This document shows, piece by piece, positions 1 through 15,600 of a stretch of DNA of 64,000 bases. How positions within the stretch are numbered: the first letter of the stretch is position 1; every line of letters starts with the position of its first letter. The notes under the pieces are model-generated. The model was not told the DNA's origin. It saw nothing but the letters and a program-made list of their open reading frames with translations, and searched no databases. The position numbers and the translations under genes were made by a program. The stretch comes from the human T2T-CHM13v2.0 reference genome, Homo sapiens, in the NCBI RefSeq assembly GCF_009914755.1, contig NC_060933.1; one strand, written 5' to 3'.

Positions 1-544
1 GGGATTAACCCGAATAGAATGGAATTGAATGGAATGGAACGGAATGGAACGGAACGGAATGGAATGGAATGGAATGGAATGGAATGGAATGGAATGGAAT
101 GGTATGTAATGGAATGGAATGGTACGGAATAGAATGGAATGGAACGAATTGCAATGGAAAGGAATTGAATGGAATGGAATGGAATGGAATGGAATCAACG
201 CGAGTGCAGGGGAATGTAATGGAACGGAATGCAATGGAATGGAATCACCCGGAATGGAATGGAATGGAATGTAATGGAATGGAATCAACCCGAGTGCAAT
301 GGAATGGAGTGGAATGGAATGGAATGGAACAACCCGAATGGAATGGAATGTAATGGAGAGTAAGGGAGTTGAATAGAATCAATCCGAATGTAATGGAATG
401 GAATGCAACGGAATGGAATGGAATGGAATGGAATGGAATGCAATGGAATGGAATCAACTCGAGTACAATGGAATGGAATGGAATGGAATTGAATGCAATG
501 GAATGGAATCAACTGGAGTACAATGGAATGGAATGGAATGGAAT

Positions 545-2400
545 GGAACGGAATGGAATGGAATGGAATGGAATGGAACGGAACGGAACGGAATGGAATG
601 GCATGGAATGGAATGGAATGGAATGGAATCAACGCGAGTGCAGGGGAATGGAATGGAATGGAATGGAAAGGAATGCAATGGAATGGAATCTTCCGGAATG
701 GAATGGAATGGAATGGAATGGAATGGAATGCAATGGATTCAACTCGATTGCAATGGAATGGAATAGAATGGAATGGAATGGAATGGAATGGAATTAACCC
801 TAATAGAATGGAATGGAATGGAATGGAATGGAACGGAATAGAACGGAATGGAAAGGAATGGAATGGAATGGAATGGAATGGAATGCTATGGAATGGAATG
901 GAATGGTACGGAATAGAATGGAATGGAACGAATTGGAATGGAATGGAATCGAATGGAATGGAATGGAATGTAATGGAATCAACGCGATTGCAGGGGAATG
1001 TAATAGAACGGAATGCAATGGAATGGAATCATCCGGAATGGAATGGAATGGAATGGAATGGAATGGAATGCAATGGAATGGAATCAACCCGAGTGCAATG
1101 GAATGGAGTGGAATGGAATGGAATGGAATGGAATCAACGCGAGTGCAGGGGAATGGAATGGAATGGAATGGAATGGAATGGAATGGAATGGAATGGAATG
1201 GAATCAACCCGAGTGCAATGGAATGGAGTGGAATGGAATGGAATGGAATGGAACGGAACGGAACGGAACGGAATGGAATGGAATGGAATGGAATGGAATG
1301 GAATGGAATGGAATTGTATGGAATGGAATGGAATGGTACGGAATAGAATGGAATGGAAAGAATTGGAATGGAATGGAATCGAATGGAATGATATGGAATG
1401 GAATGGAATGGAACGGAATGGAATGGAATGGAATGCAATGGAATGGAATCAACCCGAGTACAATGGAATGGAATGGAATGGAATGGAATGGAATGCAATG
1501 TAATGGAATCAACCCGAGTGCAATTGAATGGAATCGAATGGAATGGAATGCAATGGAATGGATTCAACTTGAATGGAATGGAAAGAATGGAATCAACACG
1601 AGTGGAATCGCATGGAATGGAATGGAATGGAATGGAATCAACCCGAGTACAGGAGAATGGAATGGAAGGGAATGCAATGGAATGGAATCATCAGTAATGG
1701 AATGGAAAGGAATGGAATGGAATGGAATGGAATGGAATGAACTCGATTGCAATCGAATGGAATGGAATGGAATTAACCCGAATAGAATGGAATGGAATGG
1801 AATGGAACGGAACGGAATGGAATGGAATGGAATGGAATGGAACGGAACGGAACGGAATGGAATGGCATGGAATGGAATGGAATGGAATGGAATCAACGCG
1901 AGTGCAGGGGAATGGAATGGAATGGAATGGAAAGGAATGCAATGGAATGGAATCTTCTGGAATGGAATGGAATGGAATGGAATGGAATGGAATGGAATGC
2001 AATGGATTCAACTCGATTGCAATGGAATGGAATAGAATGGAATGGAATGGAATGGAATGGAATTAACCCTAATAGAATGGAATGGAATGGAATGGAATGG
2101 AACGGAATAGAACGGAATGGAAAGGAATGGAATGGAATGGAATGGAATGGAATGCTATGGAATGGAATGGAATGGTACGGAATAGAATGGAATGGAACGA
2201 ATTGGAATGGAATGGAATCGAATGGAATGGAATGGAATGTAATGGAATCAACGCGATTGCAGGGGAATGTAATAGAACGGAATGCAATGGAATGGAATCA
2301 TCCGGAATGGAATGGAATTGAATGGAATGGAATGGAATGCAATGGAATGGAATCAACCCGAGTGCAATGGAATGGAGTGGAATGGAATGGAATGGAATGG
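545..2400 (+). repeat. Direct duplication of a ~580-bp segment (~545-1130 and ~1810-2400)
   Basis: Shared private variants attaaccctaatag (793/2062), gctatgg (885/2154), aacgcgattgcagggg and gtaatagaacgg; offset 1264-1269 bp. Ends approximate. Confidence 0.8.
685..699. promoter_or_regulatory. Perfect canonical heat-shock element motif (nGAAnnTTCnnGAAn); first of at least 14 in the left arm
   Basis: Seen: gGAAt-cTTCc-gGAAt. Other left-arm starts: 1949, 4868, 5273, 9977, 11833, 12666, 21296, 21651, 26546, 27279, 29128, 30541, 32068. The motif match is direct; HSF1 binding here is inferred. Confidence 0.55.
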
Positions 2401-3180
2401 AAGAACCCGAATGGAATGGAATGTAATGGAGAGTAAGGGAGTTAAAAAGAATCAATCCGAATGTAATGGAATGGAATGGAACGGAATGGAATGGAATGGA
2501 ATGGAATGGAATGGAATGGAATGGAATCAACCCGAGTGCAATCGAATGGAATCGAATGGAATGGAATGCAATGGAATGGATTCAACTTGAATGGTATGGA
2601 AAGAATGCAATCAACACGAGTGGAATGGCATGGATTGCAATGGAATGGAATGGAATAAACCTGATTACAGGGGAATGGAATGGAATGGAAAGCAATGGAA
2701 TGGCATCATCCGAAATGGAATGGAAAGGAATGGAATGGAATTGAATGGGATGGAATGGCTTCAAACCGAATGGAATAGAAAGGAATGGAATCAACACGAG
2801 TGGAATGGAATGGAATGGAATGGTATGGAATAGAATGGAATGGAACGAAATGGAATGGAATAGAATGCAATGGAATGGAATGGAATTGTTCCGAGGGAAT
2901 AGGAGGGAATGTATTCGAGTGGAATGGAAAGGAATGGAATCAACCAGAGTGGAATGGAAGGGAATGGAATGGAATGGAAACTAATAGAATGGAATCAACC
3001 CGAGTGGAATGGAATGGAAAGGAATGGAATGGAATGGAATGGAATGGAATGGAATGGAATGGAATCAACTCGATTGTAATGGAATGGAATGGAATGGAAT
3101 GGAATGGAATGGAATGGAATGGAATTAACCCGAATACAATGGAATGGAATGCAATGGAACGGAATGGAGTGGAATGGAAT

Positions 3181-6100
3181 GGAATCAACCCGAGTGCAGG
3201 GGAATGGAATGGAATGGAATGCAATGGAATGGAATCATCCGGAATGGAATGGAATGGAATGGAATGCAATCAACCTGATGCAATGGAATGGAGTGGAATG
3301 GAATGGAATGCAATGGAAACATCCCGAATGGAATGGAATGGAATGGAGTGTAAGGGAATTGAATAGAATCAATCCGAATGTAATGGAATGGAATGGAATG
3401 AAATGGAATGGAATGGAATGGAATGGAATCAACCCGAGTGCAATGGAATGGATTCGAATGGAATGGAATGGAATGGAATGGATTCAACAAGAATGGAATG
3501 GAAAGGAATGGAATCAACCCGAGTGTAATGGCATGGAATGGAACGGAATGGAATGGGATGGAATGGAATGGTATGGAATATAATGGAATGGAATGAAATG
3601 GAATGGAATGGAATGGAATGGAATGGAATGGAATGAACCCGTGTGCAATGGAATGGAATGGAATGAAATGGAATGGAATGAAATGGAATGGAATGGAATG
3701 GAATGGAATGGAATGGAATGGAATGGAATGGAATGGAATCAACCCGAGTGCAATGGAATGGAGAGGAAAGGAATGGAATGGAATGGAAACTACCCGAATG
3801 GAATGGAATGTAATTGAGTGTAAGGGAATTGAATAGAATCAATCCGAATGTAATGGAATGGAATGGAACGGAATGGAATGGAATGGAATGGAATGGAATG
3901 GAATGGAATGGAATACAATGGAATTCACCCGAATAGAATGGAATGGAATGGAATGGAAAGGAATGGAAGGGAAGGAAATGGAATGTAATCAACCCGAGTG
4001 CAGGGGAATGGAATGGAATGGAATGCAATGGAATGGAATCATCCGGAATGGAATGGAATGGAATGGAATGGAATGGAATGGAATGGTATCTACCCGAGTG
4101 CAGGGGAATGTAATGGAACGGAATGCAATGGAATGGAATCATCCGGAATGGAATGGAATGGAATGGAATGGAATGGAATCAACCCAAGTGCAATGGAATG
4201 GAGTGGAATGGAATGGAATGGAATGGAACAACCCGAATGGAATGGAATGTAATGGAGAGTAAGGGAGTTGAATAGAATCAATCCGAATGTAATGGAATGG
4301 AATGCAACGGAATAGAATGGAATGGAATGCAATGGAATGGAATGGAATGGAATGGAATGCAATGGAATGGAATGGAATGGAATGGAATGCAATGCCATGG
4401 AATCAACCCGAGTGCAATCGAATGGAATCGAATGGAATGGAATGCAATGGAATGGATTCAACTTGAATGGAATGGAAAGAATGGAATCAACACGAGTGGA
4501 ATGGCATGGATTGGAATGGAATGGAATGGAATCAACCCGAGTACAGGGGAATGGAATGGAATGGAATGAAATGGAATGGAATCATCCATAATGTAATGGA
4601 AAGGAATGGAATGTAATGGAATGGAATGGAATGGAATGGAATGGAATGGAATGGAATCAACTCGATTGCAATTGAATGGAATGGAATGGAATTAACCCGA
4701 ATAGAATGGAATGGAATGGAATGGAATGGAACGGAACGGAATGGAAAGGAATGGAATGGAATGGAACGGATCGGAATGGAATGGAATGGAATGGAATGGA
4801 ATGGAATGGAATGGAATGGAATCAACGCGAGTGCAGGGGAATGGAATGGAATGGAATGCAATGGAATGGAAACTTCCGGAATGGAACGGAATGGAATGGA
4901 ATAGAATGGAATGGGATGGAATGGAATGGAATCAACCCGAGTACAGGGGAATGGAATGGAATGGAATGCAATGGAATCGAATCATCCGTAATGGAATGGA
5001 AAGGAATGGAATGGAATGGAATAGAATGGAATGGAATGGATTGGAATGGAATGGAATCAACTCGATTGCAATCGAATGGAATGGAATGGAATTAACCCGA
5101 ATAGAATGGAATGGAATGGAATGGAACGGAAGGGAACGGAATGGAATGGAATGGAATGGAATGGAATGGAACGGAAAGGAATGGAATGGAATGGAATGGA
5201 ATGGAATGGAATGGAATGGAATGGAATCAACGCGAGTGCAGGGGAATGGAATGGAATGGAATGCAATGGAATGGAATCTTCCGGAATGGAATGGAATGGA
5301 ATGGAATGGAATGGAATGGAATGGAAAGGAAAGGAAGGGAATGGAATGGAATAGAATGGAATAGAATGGAATCAACGCGAGTGCAGGGGAATGGAATGGA
5401 ATGGAATGGAATCGAATGGAATGGAATGGAATTAACCGGAATAGAATGGAATGGAATGGAATGGAACGGAATGGAATGGAATGGAATGGAATGGAATGGA
5501 ATGGAATGGAATGGAATGGAATCAACCCGAGTGTAGGGGAATGGAATGGAATGGAATGCAATGGAATGGAATCATCCGGAATGGAATGGAATGGAATGGA
5601 ATGCAATCAACCTGATGCAATGGAATGGAGTGGAATGGAATGGAATGCAATGGAAACATCCCGAATGGAATGGAATGGAATGGAGTGTAAGGGAATTGAA
5701 TAGAATCAATCCGAATGTAATGGAATGGAATGGAATGAAATGGAATGGAATGGAATGGAATGGAATCAACCCGAGTGCAATGGAATGGATTCGAATGGAA
5801 TGGAATGGAATGGAATGGATTCAACAAGAATGGAATGGAAAGGAATGGAATCAACCCGAGTGTAATGGCATGGAATGGAACGGAATGGAATGGGATGGAA
5901 TGGAATGGTATGGAATATAATGGAATGGAATGAAATGGAATGGAATGGAATGGAATGGAATGGAATGGAATGAACCCGTGTGCAATGGAATGGAATGGAA
6001 TGAAATGGAATGGAATGAAATGGAATGGAATGGAATGGAATGGAATGGAATGGAATGGAATGGAATGGAATCAACCCGAGTGCAAAGGAATGGAGAGGAA

Positions 6101-6690
6101 AGGAATGGAATGGAATGGAAACTACCCGAAGGGAATGGAATGTAATTGAGTGTAAGGGAATTGAATAGAATCAATCCGAATGTAATGGAATGGAATGGAA
6201 CGGAATGGAATGGAATGGAATGGAATGGAATGGAATGGAATGGAATGGAATACAGTGGAATTCACACGAATAGAATGGAATGGAATGGAATGGAAAGGAA
6301 TGGAAGGGAAGGAAATGGAATGTAATCAACCCGAGTGCAGGGGAATGGAATGGAATGGAATGCAATGGAATGGAATCATCCGGAATGGAATGGAATGGAA
6401 TGGAATGGAATGGAATGGAATGGTATCTACCCGAGTGCAGGGGAATGTAATGGAACGGAATGCAATGGAATGGAATCATCCGGAATGGAATGGAATGGAA
6501 TGGAATGGAATGGAATCAACCCAAGTGCAATGGAATGGAGTGGAATGGAATGGAATGGAATGGAACAACCCGAATGGAATGGAATGTAATGGAGAGTAAG
6601 GGAGTTGAATAGAATCAATCCGAATGTAATGGAATGGAATGCAACGGAATAGAATGGAATGGAATGCAATGGAATGGAATGGAATGGAAT
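3181..6690 (+). repeat. Direct duplication of a ~1.17-kb segment (~3181-4350 and ~5518-6690)
   Basis: Offset 2337 bp at caacctgatg (3271/5608), gtatggaatataatgg (3571/5908) and gtatctacccgag (4086/6423); matching ORF-track translations show the same offset. Confidence 0.85.
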
Positions 6691-9600
6691 GCAAAGGAAT
6701 GGAATCAACCCGAGTGGAATGGCATGGAATGGAATGCAATGGATTGGAATGGAATGGAATCAACTCGAGTGGAAGGGAATGGAATGGAATAGAAAGGAAT
6801 GGAATGAAGTCAACTCGAGTGGAATGGAATGGAATGGAATGGATTGGAATGGATTGCAATGGAATGAAATGGAATGGAATGGAATGGAATCAATCATTCC
6901 GAGTGGAGTGGAAGGGAATGTAATGGAGTAGAAAGAAGGGAATGGAATCAACCTGAATGGAATGCAAGGCAATGGAATGGAATGGAAAGGAATGGACTGG
7001 AATCAACTCGATTGCAATGGAATGGAATGGAATGGAATGGAATGGAATGGAATTAACCGGAATAGAATGGAATGGAATGGAATGGAATGGAAGGGAATGG
7101 AATCAACACGAGTGCAGGGGAATGGAATGGAATGGAATGCAATGGAATGGAATCATCCGGAATGGAATGGAATGGAATGGAATCAACTCCATTGCAATGG
7201 AATGGAATGGAATGGAATGGAATGGAATGGAATGGAATCGTTCCGAGTGGAATAGGAGGGAATGTATTCGAGTGGAATGGAAAGGAATGGAATCAACCAG
7301 AGTGGAATGGAAGGGAATGGAATGGAATGGAAACTAATAGAATGGAATCAACTCGAGTGGAATGGAATGGAAAGGACTGGAATGGAATGGAATGGAATGG
7401 AATGGAATGGAATCAACTCGATTGTAATAGAATGGAATGGAATGGAATGGAATGGAATGGAATGGAATTAACCCGAATACAATGGAATGGAATGGAATGG
7501 AACGGAATGGAGTGGAATGGAATGGAATCAACCCGAGTGCAGGGGAATGGAATGGAATGGAATGCAATGGAATGGAATCATCCGGAATGGAATGGAATGG
7601 AATGGAATGCAAAGCAATGGAATCAACTCGATTGCAATGGAATGGAATGGAATGGAAAGGAATAGAATGGAATCAACCCGAGTGTAATGGAATGGAAAGG
7701 ACTGGAATGGAGTGGAATGGAATGGAATGGATTGGAATGGAATCAACTCGATTGGAATGGAATGGAATGGAATGGAATGGAATGGAATGGAATTAACCCG
7801 AATAGAATGGAAAGGAATGGAATGGAACGGAATGGAATGGAATGGAATGGAATGGAATGGAATGGAATGGACTGGAATCATCCGGAACGGAATAGAATGG
7901 AATGGAATGCAATCAGCTCGACTGCAATGTAATGGAATGGAATGGAATGGAATCGAATGGAATGGAATGGAATTAACCGGAATAGAATGGAATGGAATGG
8001 AATGGAATGGAACGGAACGGAATGGAATGGAATGGAATGGAATGGAATGGAATGGAATGGAATCAACCCGAGTGCAGGGGAATGGAATGGAATGGAATGC
8101 AATGGAATGGAATCATCCGGAATGGAATGGAATGGAATGGAATGCAATCAACCTGATGAAATGGAATGGAGTGGAATGGAATGGAATGGAAACATCCCGA
8201 ATGGAATGAAATGTAATGGAGTGTAAGGGAATTGAATAGAATCAATCTGAATGTAACGGAATGGAATGGAATGAAATAGAATGGAATGGAATGGAATGGA
8301 ATCAACCCGAGGGCAATGGAATGGATTCGAATGGAATGGAATGGAATGGAATGGATTCAACAAGAATGGAATGGAAAGGAATGGAATCAACCCGAGTGTA
8401 ATGGCATGGAATGGAACGGAATGGAATGGGATGGAATGGAATGGTACGGAATAGAATGGAATGGAATGAAATGGAATGGAATGGAATGGAATGGAATGGA
8501 ATGGAATGGAATGGAATGAAGCCGTGTGCAATGGAATGGAATGGAGTGGAATGGAATGGATTCAACTCGAATGGAATCCACTCGATTGCAATGGAATGGA
8601 ATGGAATTGAAAGGAATAGAATGGAATCAACCCGAGTGGAATGGAATGGAAAGGACTGGAATGGAGTGGAATGGAATGGAATGGAATTAACCCGAATAGA
8701 ATGAAATGGAACGGAATGGAATGGAATGTAATGGAATGTAATGGAATGGAATCAACCCGAGTGCAGGGGAATGGAATGGAATGGAATGCAATGGAATGGA
8801 ATCATCCGGAATGGAATGGAATGGAATGGAATGGAATGGAATGGAATGGAATTGAATGGAATGGAATCAACTCGATTTCAATGGAATGGAATGGAATAGA
8901 ATGGAACGGAATTAACACGAATAGAATGGAATGGAATGGAATGGAATGGAACAGAAAGGAATGGAATGGAATGGAATGGAATCAACACAAGTGCAGGGGA
9001 ATGGAGTGGAATGGAATTCAATGGAATGGAATCATCCGGAATGGAATGGAATGGAATGGAATGGAATGGAATTGAATGGAATGGAATGGAATCAACCCGA
9101 GTGCAATGGAATGGAGAGGAATGGAATGGAATGGAATGGAAACTACACGAATGGAATGGAATGTAATGGAGTGTACGGGAATTGAATAGAATGAATCCGA
9201 ATGGAATGGAATGGAATGGAATGGAAAGGAATGGAATGGAATGGAATGGAATGGAATGGAATGGAATGGAATCAACTCGATTGTAATTGAATGGAATGGA
9301 ATGGAATTAACCCGAATAGAATGGAATGGAATGGAATGGAATGGAACGGAACGGAATGGAAAGGAATGGAATGGAATGGAATGGAAACTACCCGAATGGA
9401 ATGGAATGTAATGGAGTGTAAGGGAATTGAATAGAATCAATCCGAATGTAAAGGAATGGAATGGAACGGAATTGAATGGAATGGAATGGAATGGAATGGA
9501 ATGGAATGGAATGCAATGGAATGGAATCAACCCGAGTGCAATCGAATGGAATCGAATGCAATGGAATGGATTCAACTTGAATGGAATGGAATGAATGGAA

Positions 9601-12600
9601 TCAACACGAGTGGAAGGGCACGGATTGGAATGCAATGGAATGGAATCAACCCGAGTACAGGGGAATGGAATGGAATGGAATGCAATGGAATGGAATCATC
9701 CGTAATGGAATTTAAAGGAATGGAATGGAATGGAATGGAATGGAATGGAATGGAATGGAATGGAATGGAATCAACACGATTGGAATCGAATGGAATGGAA
9801 TGGAATTAACCCGAATAGAATGGAATGGAATGGAATGGATCGAAACGGAATGGAATGGAATGGAATGGAATGGAATGGAACGGAACGGAATGGAATGGAA
9901 TGGAATGGAATGGAATGGAAAGGAATGGAATCAACGCGAGTGCAGGGGAATGGAATGTAATGGAATGCAATGGAATGGAATCTTCCGGAATGGAATGGAA
10001 TGTAATGGAATCAACCCGAGTGCAATGGAATGGAGTGGAATGGAATGGAATGGAATGGAACAACCCGAATGGAATCGAATGTAATGGAGAGTAAGGGAAT
10101 TGAATAGAATCAATCCGAATGTAATGGAATGGAATGGAACGGAATGGAATGGAATGGAATGGAATGGAATGGAATGGAATGCAATGGAATGGAATCAACC
10201 CGAGTGCAATCGAATGGAATGGAATGCAATGGAATGCAATGGAATGGATTGAACTAGAATGGAATGGAAAGAATGGAATCAACAAGAGTGGAAGGGCATG
10301 GATTGGAATGGAATGGAATGGAATCAACCCGAGTACAGGGGAATGGAGTGGAATGTAATGCAATGGAATGGAATCATCCGTAATGGAATGGAAAGGAATG
10401 GAATGGAATGGAATGGAATGGAATGGAATGGAATGGAAAAAATTGGTTGCAATCGAATGGAATTGAATGGAATTAACCCGAATAGAATGGAATGGAATGG
10501 AATGGAACGGAACTGAATGGAATGGAATGGAATGGAATGGAATGGAATGGAATGGAAAGGAAAGGAAGGGAATGGAATGGAATAGAGTGGAATAGAATGG
10601 AATCAACGCGAGTGCAGGGGAATGGAATGGAATGGAATGGAATCGAATGGAATGGAATGGAATTAACCGGAATAGAATGGAATGGAATGGAATGGAACGG
10701 AATGGAATGGAATGGAATGGAATGGAATGGAATGGAATGGAATCAACCCGAGTGCAGGGGAATGGAATGGAATGGAATGCAATGGAATGGAATCATCCGG
10801 AATGGAATGGAATGGAATGGAATGGAATGGAATGGAATGGAATGAAATGGAATGGAATGGAATGGAATGGAATCAACCCGAGTGCAATGGAATGGATTCG
10901 AATGGAATGGAATGGAATGGAATGGATTCAAAAAGAATGGAATGGAAAGGAATGGAATCAACCCGAGTGTAATGGCATGGAATGGAACGGAATGGAATGG
11001 GATGGAATGGAATGGTATGGAATATAATGGAATGGAATGGAATGGAATGGAATGGAATGGAATGGAATGGAATGGAATGAACCCGTGTGCAATGGAATGG
11101 AATGGAATGAAATGGAATGGAATGGAATGGAATGGAATGGAATGAAATGGAATGCAATGGAATGGAATGCAATGGAATGGAATCAACCCGAGTGAAATGG
11201 AATGGAGAGGAATGGAATGGAATGGAATGGAAACTACCCGAATGGAATGGAATGTAATGGAGTGTAAGGGAATTGAATAGAATCAATCCGAATGTAATGG
11301 AATGGAATGGAACGGAATGGAATGGAATGGAATGGAATGGAATGGAATGGAATGGAATGCAATCAACCCGAGTGCAATCGAATGGAATCGAAACGAATGC
11401 AATGCAATGGAATGGATTCAACTTGAATGGAATGGAAAGAATGGAATCAACACGAGTGGAATGGCATGGATTGGAATGGAATGGAATCGAATCAACCCGA
11501 GTACAGGGGAACGGAATGGAATGGAATGCAATGGAATGGAATCATCCGTAATGGAATGGAAAGGAATGGAATGGAATGGAATGGAATGGAATGGAATGGA
11601 ATGGAATGGAATCAACTCGATTGAAATCGAATGGAATGGAATGGAATTAACCCGAATAGAATGGAATGGAATGGAATGGAACGGAACGGAACGGAATGGA
11701 AGGGAATGGAATGGAATGGAATGGAATGGAATGGAACGGAAAGGAATGGAATGAAATGGAATGGAGTGGAATGGAATGGAATGGAATCAACGCGAGTGCA
11801 GGGGAATGGAATGGAATGGAATGCAATGGAATGGAATCTTCCGGAATGGAATGGAATGGAATGGAATGGAATGGAATAAACCCGAGTGCAATGGAATGGA
11901 GTGGAATGGAATGGAATGGAATGGAACAACCCGAATGGAATGGAATGTAACGGAGAGTAAGGGAGTTGAATAGAATCAATCCGAATGTAATGGAATGGAA
12001 TGGAACGGAATGGAATTGAATGGAATGGGATGGAATGCAATGGAATGGAATCAACCCGAGTGCAATGGAATGGAGAGGAATGGAATGGAATGGAATGGAA
12101 ACTACCCGAATGGAATGGAATGTAATGGAGTGTAAGGGAATTGAATAGAATCAATCCGAATGTAATGGAATGGAATGGAACGGAATGGAATGGAATGGAA
12201 TGGAATGGAATGCAATGGAATGGAATCAACCCGAGTGCAATCGAATGGAATCGAATGGAATGGAATGCAATGGAATGGATTCAACTTGAATGGAATGGAA
12301 AGAATGGAATCAACACGAGTGGAATGGCATGGATTGGAATGGAATGGAATGGAATCAACCCGAGTACAGGGGAATGGAATGGAATGGAATGCAATGGAAT
12401 GGAATCATCCGTAATGGAATGGAAAGGAATGGAATGGAATGGAATCAACTCGATTGCAATCGAATGGAATGGAATGGAATTAACCCGAATAGAATGGAAT
12501 GGAATGGAATGGAACGGAACGGAACGGAATGGAATGGAATGGAAGGGAATAGAATGGAACGGAAAGGAATGGAATGGAATGGAATGGAATGGAATGGAAT

Positions 12601-15600
12601 GGAATGGAATGGAATGGAATCAACGCGAGTGCAGGGGAATGGAATGGAATGGAATGCAATGGAATGGAATCTTCCGGAATTGAATGGAATGGAATGGAAT
12701 GGAATGAAATGCAATGGATTCAACTCGATTGCAATGGAATGGAATAGAATGGAATGGAAAGGAATGGAATGGAATGGAATGGAATTAACCCGAATAGAAT
12801 GGAATGGAATGGAATGGAACGGAATGGAACCGAATGGAATGGAATGGAATGGTATGGAATGGAATGGAATGGTACGGAATAGAATGGAATGGAACGAATT
12901 GTAATGGAATGGAATTGAATGGAATGGAATGGAATCAACGCAAGTGCAGGGGAATGTAATGGAACGGAATGGAATGGAATGGAATCATCCGGAATGGAAT
13001 GGAATGGAATGGAATGCAATGGAATGGAATCAACCCGAGTGCAATGGAATGGAGTGGAATGGAATGGAATGGAATGCAAAAACCCGAATGGAATGGAATG
13101 TAATGGAGAGTAAGGGAGTTGAATAGAATCCATCCGAATGTAATGGAATGGAATGCAAAGGAATGGAATGTAATGTAATGGAATGGAATGGAATGGAATG
13201 GAATGCAATGGAAAGGCATCAACCCGAGTACAATGGAATGGAATGGAATGGAATGGAATGGAATGGAATGCCTTCAAACCGAATGGAATGGAAAGGAAAG
13301 GAATCAACACGAGTGGAATGGAATGGAATGGAATGGAATGGAATGGAATGGAATGATACGGAATAGAATGGAATGGAACGAAATGGAATGGAATGGAATG
13401 GAATGGAATGGAATGGAATGGAATGGAATGGAATCGTTCCGAGTGGAATAGGAGGGAATGTATTCGAGTGGAATGGAAAGGAATGGAATCAACCAGAGTG
13501 GAATGGAAGGGAATGGAATGGAATGGTAACTAATAGAATGGAATCAACCCGAGTGGAATGGAATGGAAAGGACTGGAATGGAATGGAATGGAATGGAATG
13601 GAATGGAATGGAATCAACTCGATTGTAATGGAATGGAATGGAATGGAATGGAATGGAATGGAATTAACCCGAATACAATGGAATGGAATGGAATGGAACG
13701 TAATGGAGTGGAATGGAATGGAATCAACCCGAGTGGAGGGGAATAGAATGGAATGGAATGCAATGGAATCAACTCGATCGCAATGGAATGTAATGGAATG
13801 GAAAGGAATACATTGGAATCAACCCGAGTGGAATGGAATGGAAAGGACTTGAATGGAGTGGAATGGAATGGAATGGAATGGAATCAACTCGATTGGAATG
13901 GAATGGAATGTAATGGAATGGAATGGAATTAACCCGAATAGAATGGAATGGAATGGAATGGAACGGAACGGAACGGAGCGGAACGGAATGGAATGGAATG
14001 GAATGGAATGGAATGGAATGGAATGGAATGGAATGAATTCAACCCGACTGCAGGGGAATGGAATGGAATGGAATGCAATGGAATGCATTCAACTTGAATG
14101 GAGTGGAAAGAATGGAATCAACACGAGTAGAATGGCATGGATTGCAATGGAATGGAATGGAATCAACCCGAGTACAGGGGAATGGAATGGAATGGAATGC
14201 AATGGAATGGAATCATCCGTAATGGAATGGAAAGGAATGGAATGGAATGGAATTAACCCGAATAGAATGGAATGGAACGGAATGGAACGGAATGGAACGG
14301 AATGGAATGGAATGGAATGGAATGGTATGGAAAGGAATGGAATGGTACGGAATAGAATGGAATGGAACGAATTGTAATGGAATGGAATTGAATGGAATGG
14401 AATGGAATGGAATGGAATCAACGCGAGTGCAGGGGAATGTAATGCAACGGAATGCAATGGAATGGAATCATCCGGAATGGAATGGAATGGAATGGAATGG
14501 AATGGAATGCAATGGAATGGAATGGAATCAACCCGAGTGCAATGGAATGGAGTGGAATGGAAGGGAATGGAATGGAACAACCCGAATGGAATGGAATGTA
14601 ATGGAGAGTAAGGGAGTTGAATAGAATCAATCCGAATGTAATGGAATGGAATGCAACGGAATGGAATGGAATGGAATGGAGTGGAATGCAAAGGAATGGA
14701 ATCAACCCGAGTACAATGGAATGGAATGGAATGGAATGGAATGGAATGGAATGGAATGGAATGAAATGGAATGATACGGAATAGAATGGAATGGAACGAA
14801 ATGGAAAGGAATGGAATGGAATGGAATGGAATGGAATGGAATCGTTCCGAGTGGAATAGGAGGGAATGTATTCGAGTGGAATGGAAAGGAATGGAATCAA
14901 CCAGAGTGGAATGGAAGGGAATGGAATGGAATGGAAACTAATAGAATGGAATCAACCCGAGTGGAATGGAATGGAAAGGACTGGAATGGAATGGAATGGA
15001 ATGCAATCAACTCGATTGTAATGGAATGGAATGGAATGGAATGGAATGGAAAGGAATGGAGTGGAATGGAATGGAATCAACCCGAGTGCAGGGGAATGGA
15101 ATGGAATGGAATGCAATGGAATGGAATCATCCGGAATGGAATGGAATGGAATGGAATGCAAAGCAATGGAATCAACTCGATTGCAATGGAATGGAATGGA
15201 TTGGAAAGGAATACATTGGAATCAACCCGACTGGAATGGAATGGAAAGGACTGGAATGGAGTGGAATGGAATGGAATGGAATGGAATGGAATCAACTCGA
15301 TTGGAATGGAATGGAATGGAATGGAATGGAATTAACCCGAATAGAATGGAATGGAATGGAATGGAACGGAACGGAATGTAATGGAATGGAATGGAATGGA
15401 ATGGAATGGAATGGAATGGAATCAACTCGACTGCAGGGGAATGGAATGGAATGGAATGCAATGGAATGGATTCAACTTGAATGGAATGGAAAGAATGGAA
15501 TCAACACGAGTGGAATGGCATGGATTGGAATGGAATGGAATGGAATGAACCCGAGTACAGGGTAATGGAACGGAATGGAATGCAATGGAATGGAATCATC

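Noticed and set aside
13434-13470. Complex islands such as cgttccgagtggaataggagggaatgtattcgag as transposon remnants or G-quadruplexes
   Set aside because: They stay in or near pentamer register, derive from degenerate GGAAT and landmark units, and lack target-site duplications, poly(A) or four G3 tracts.
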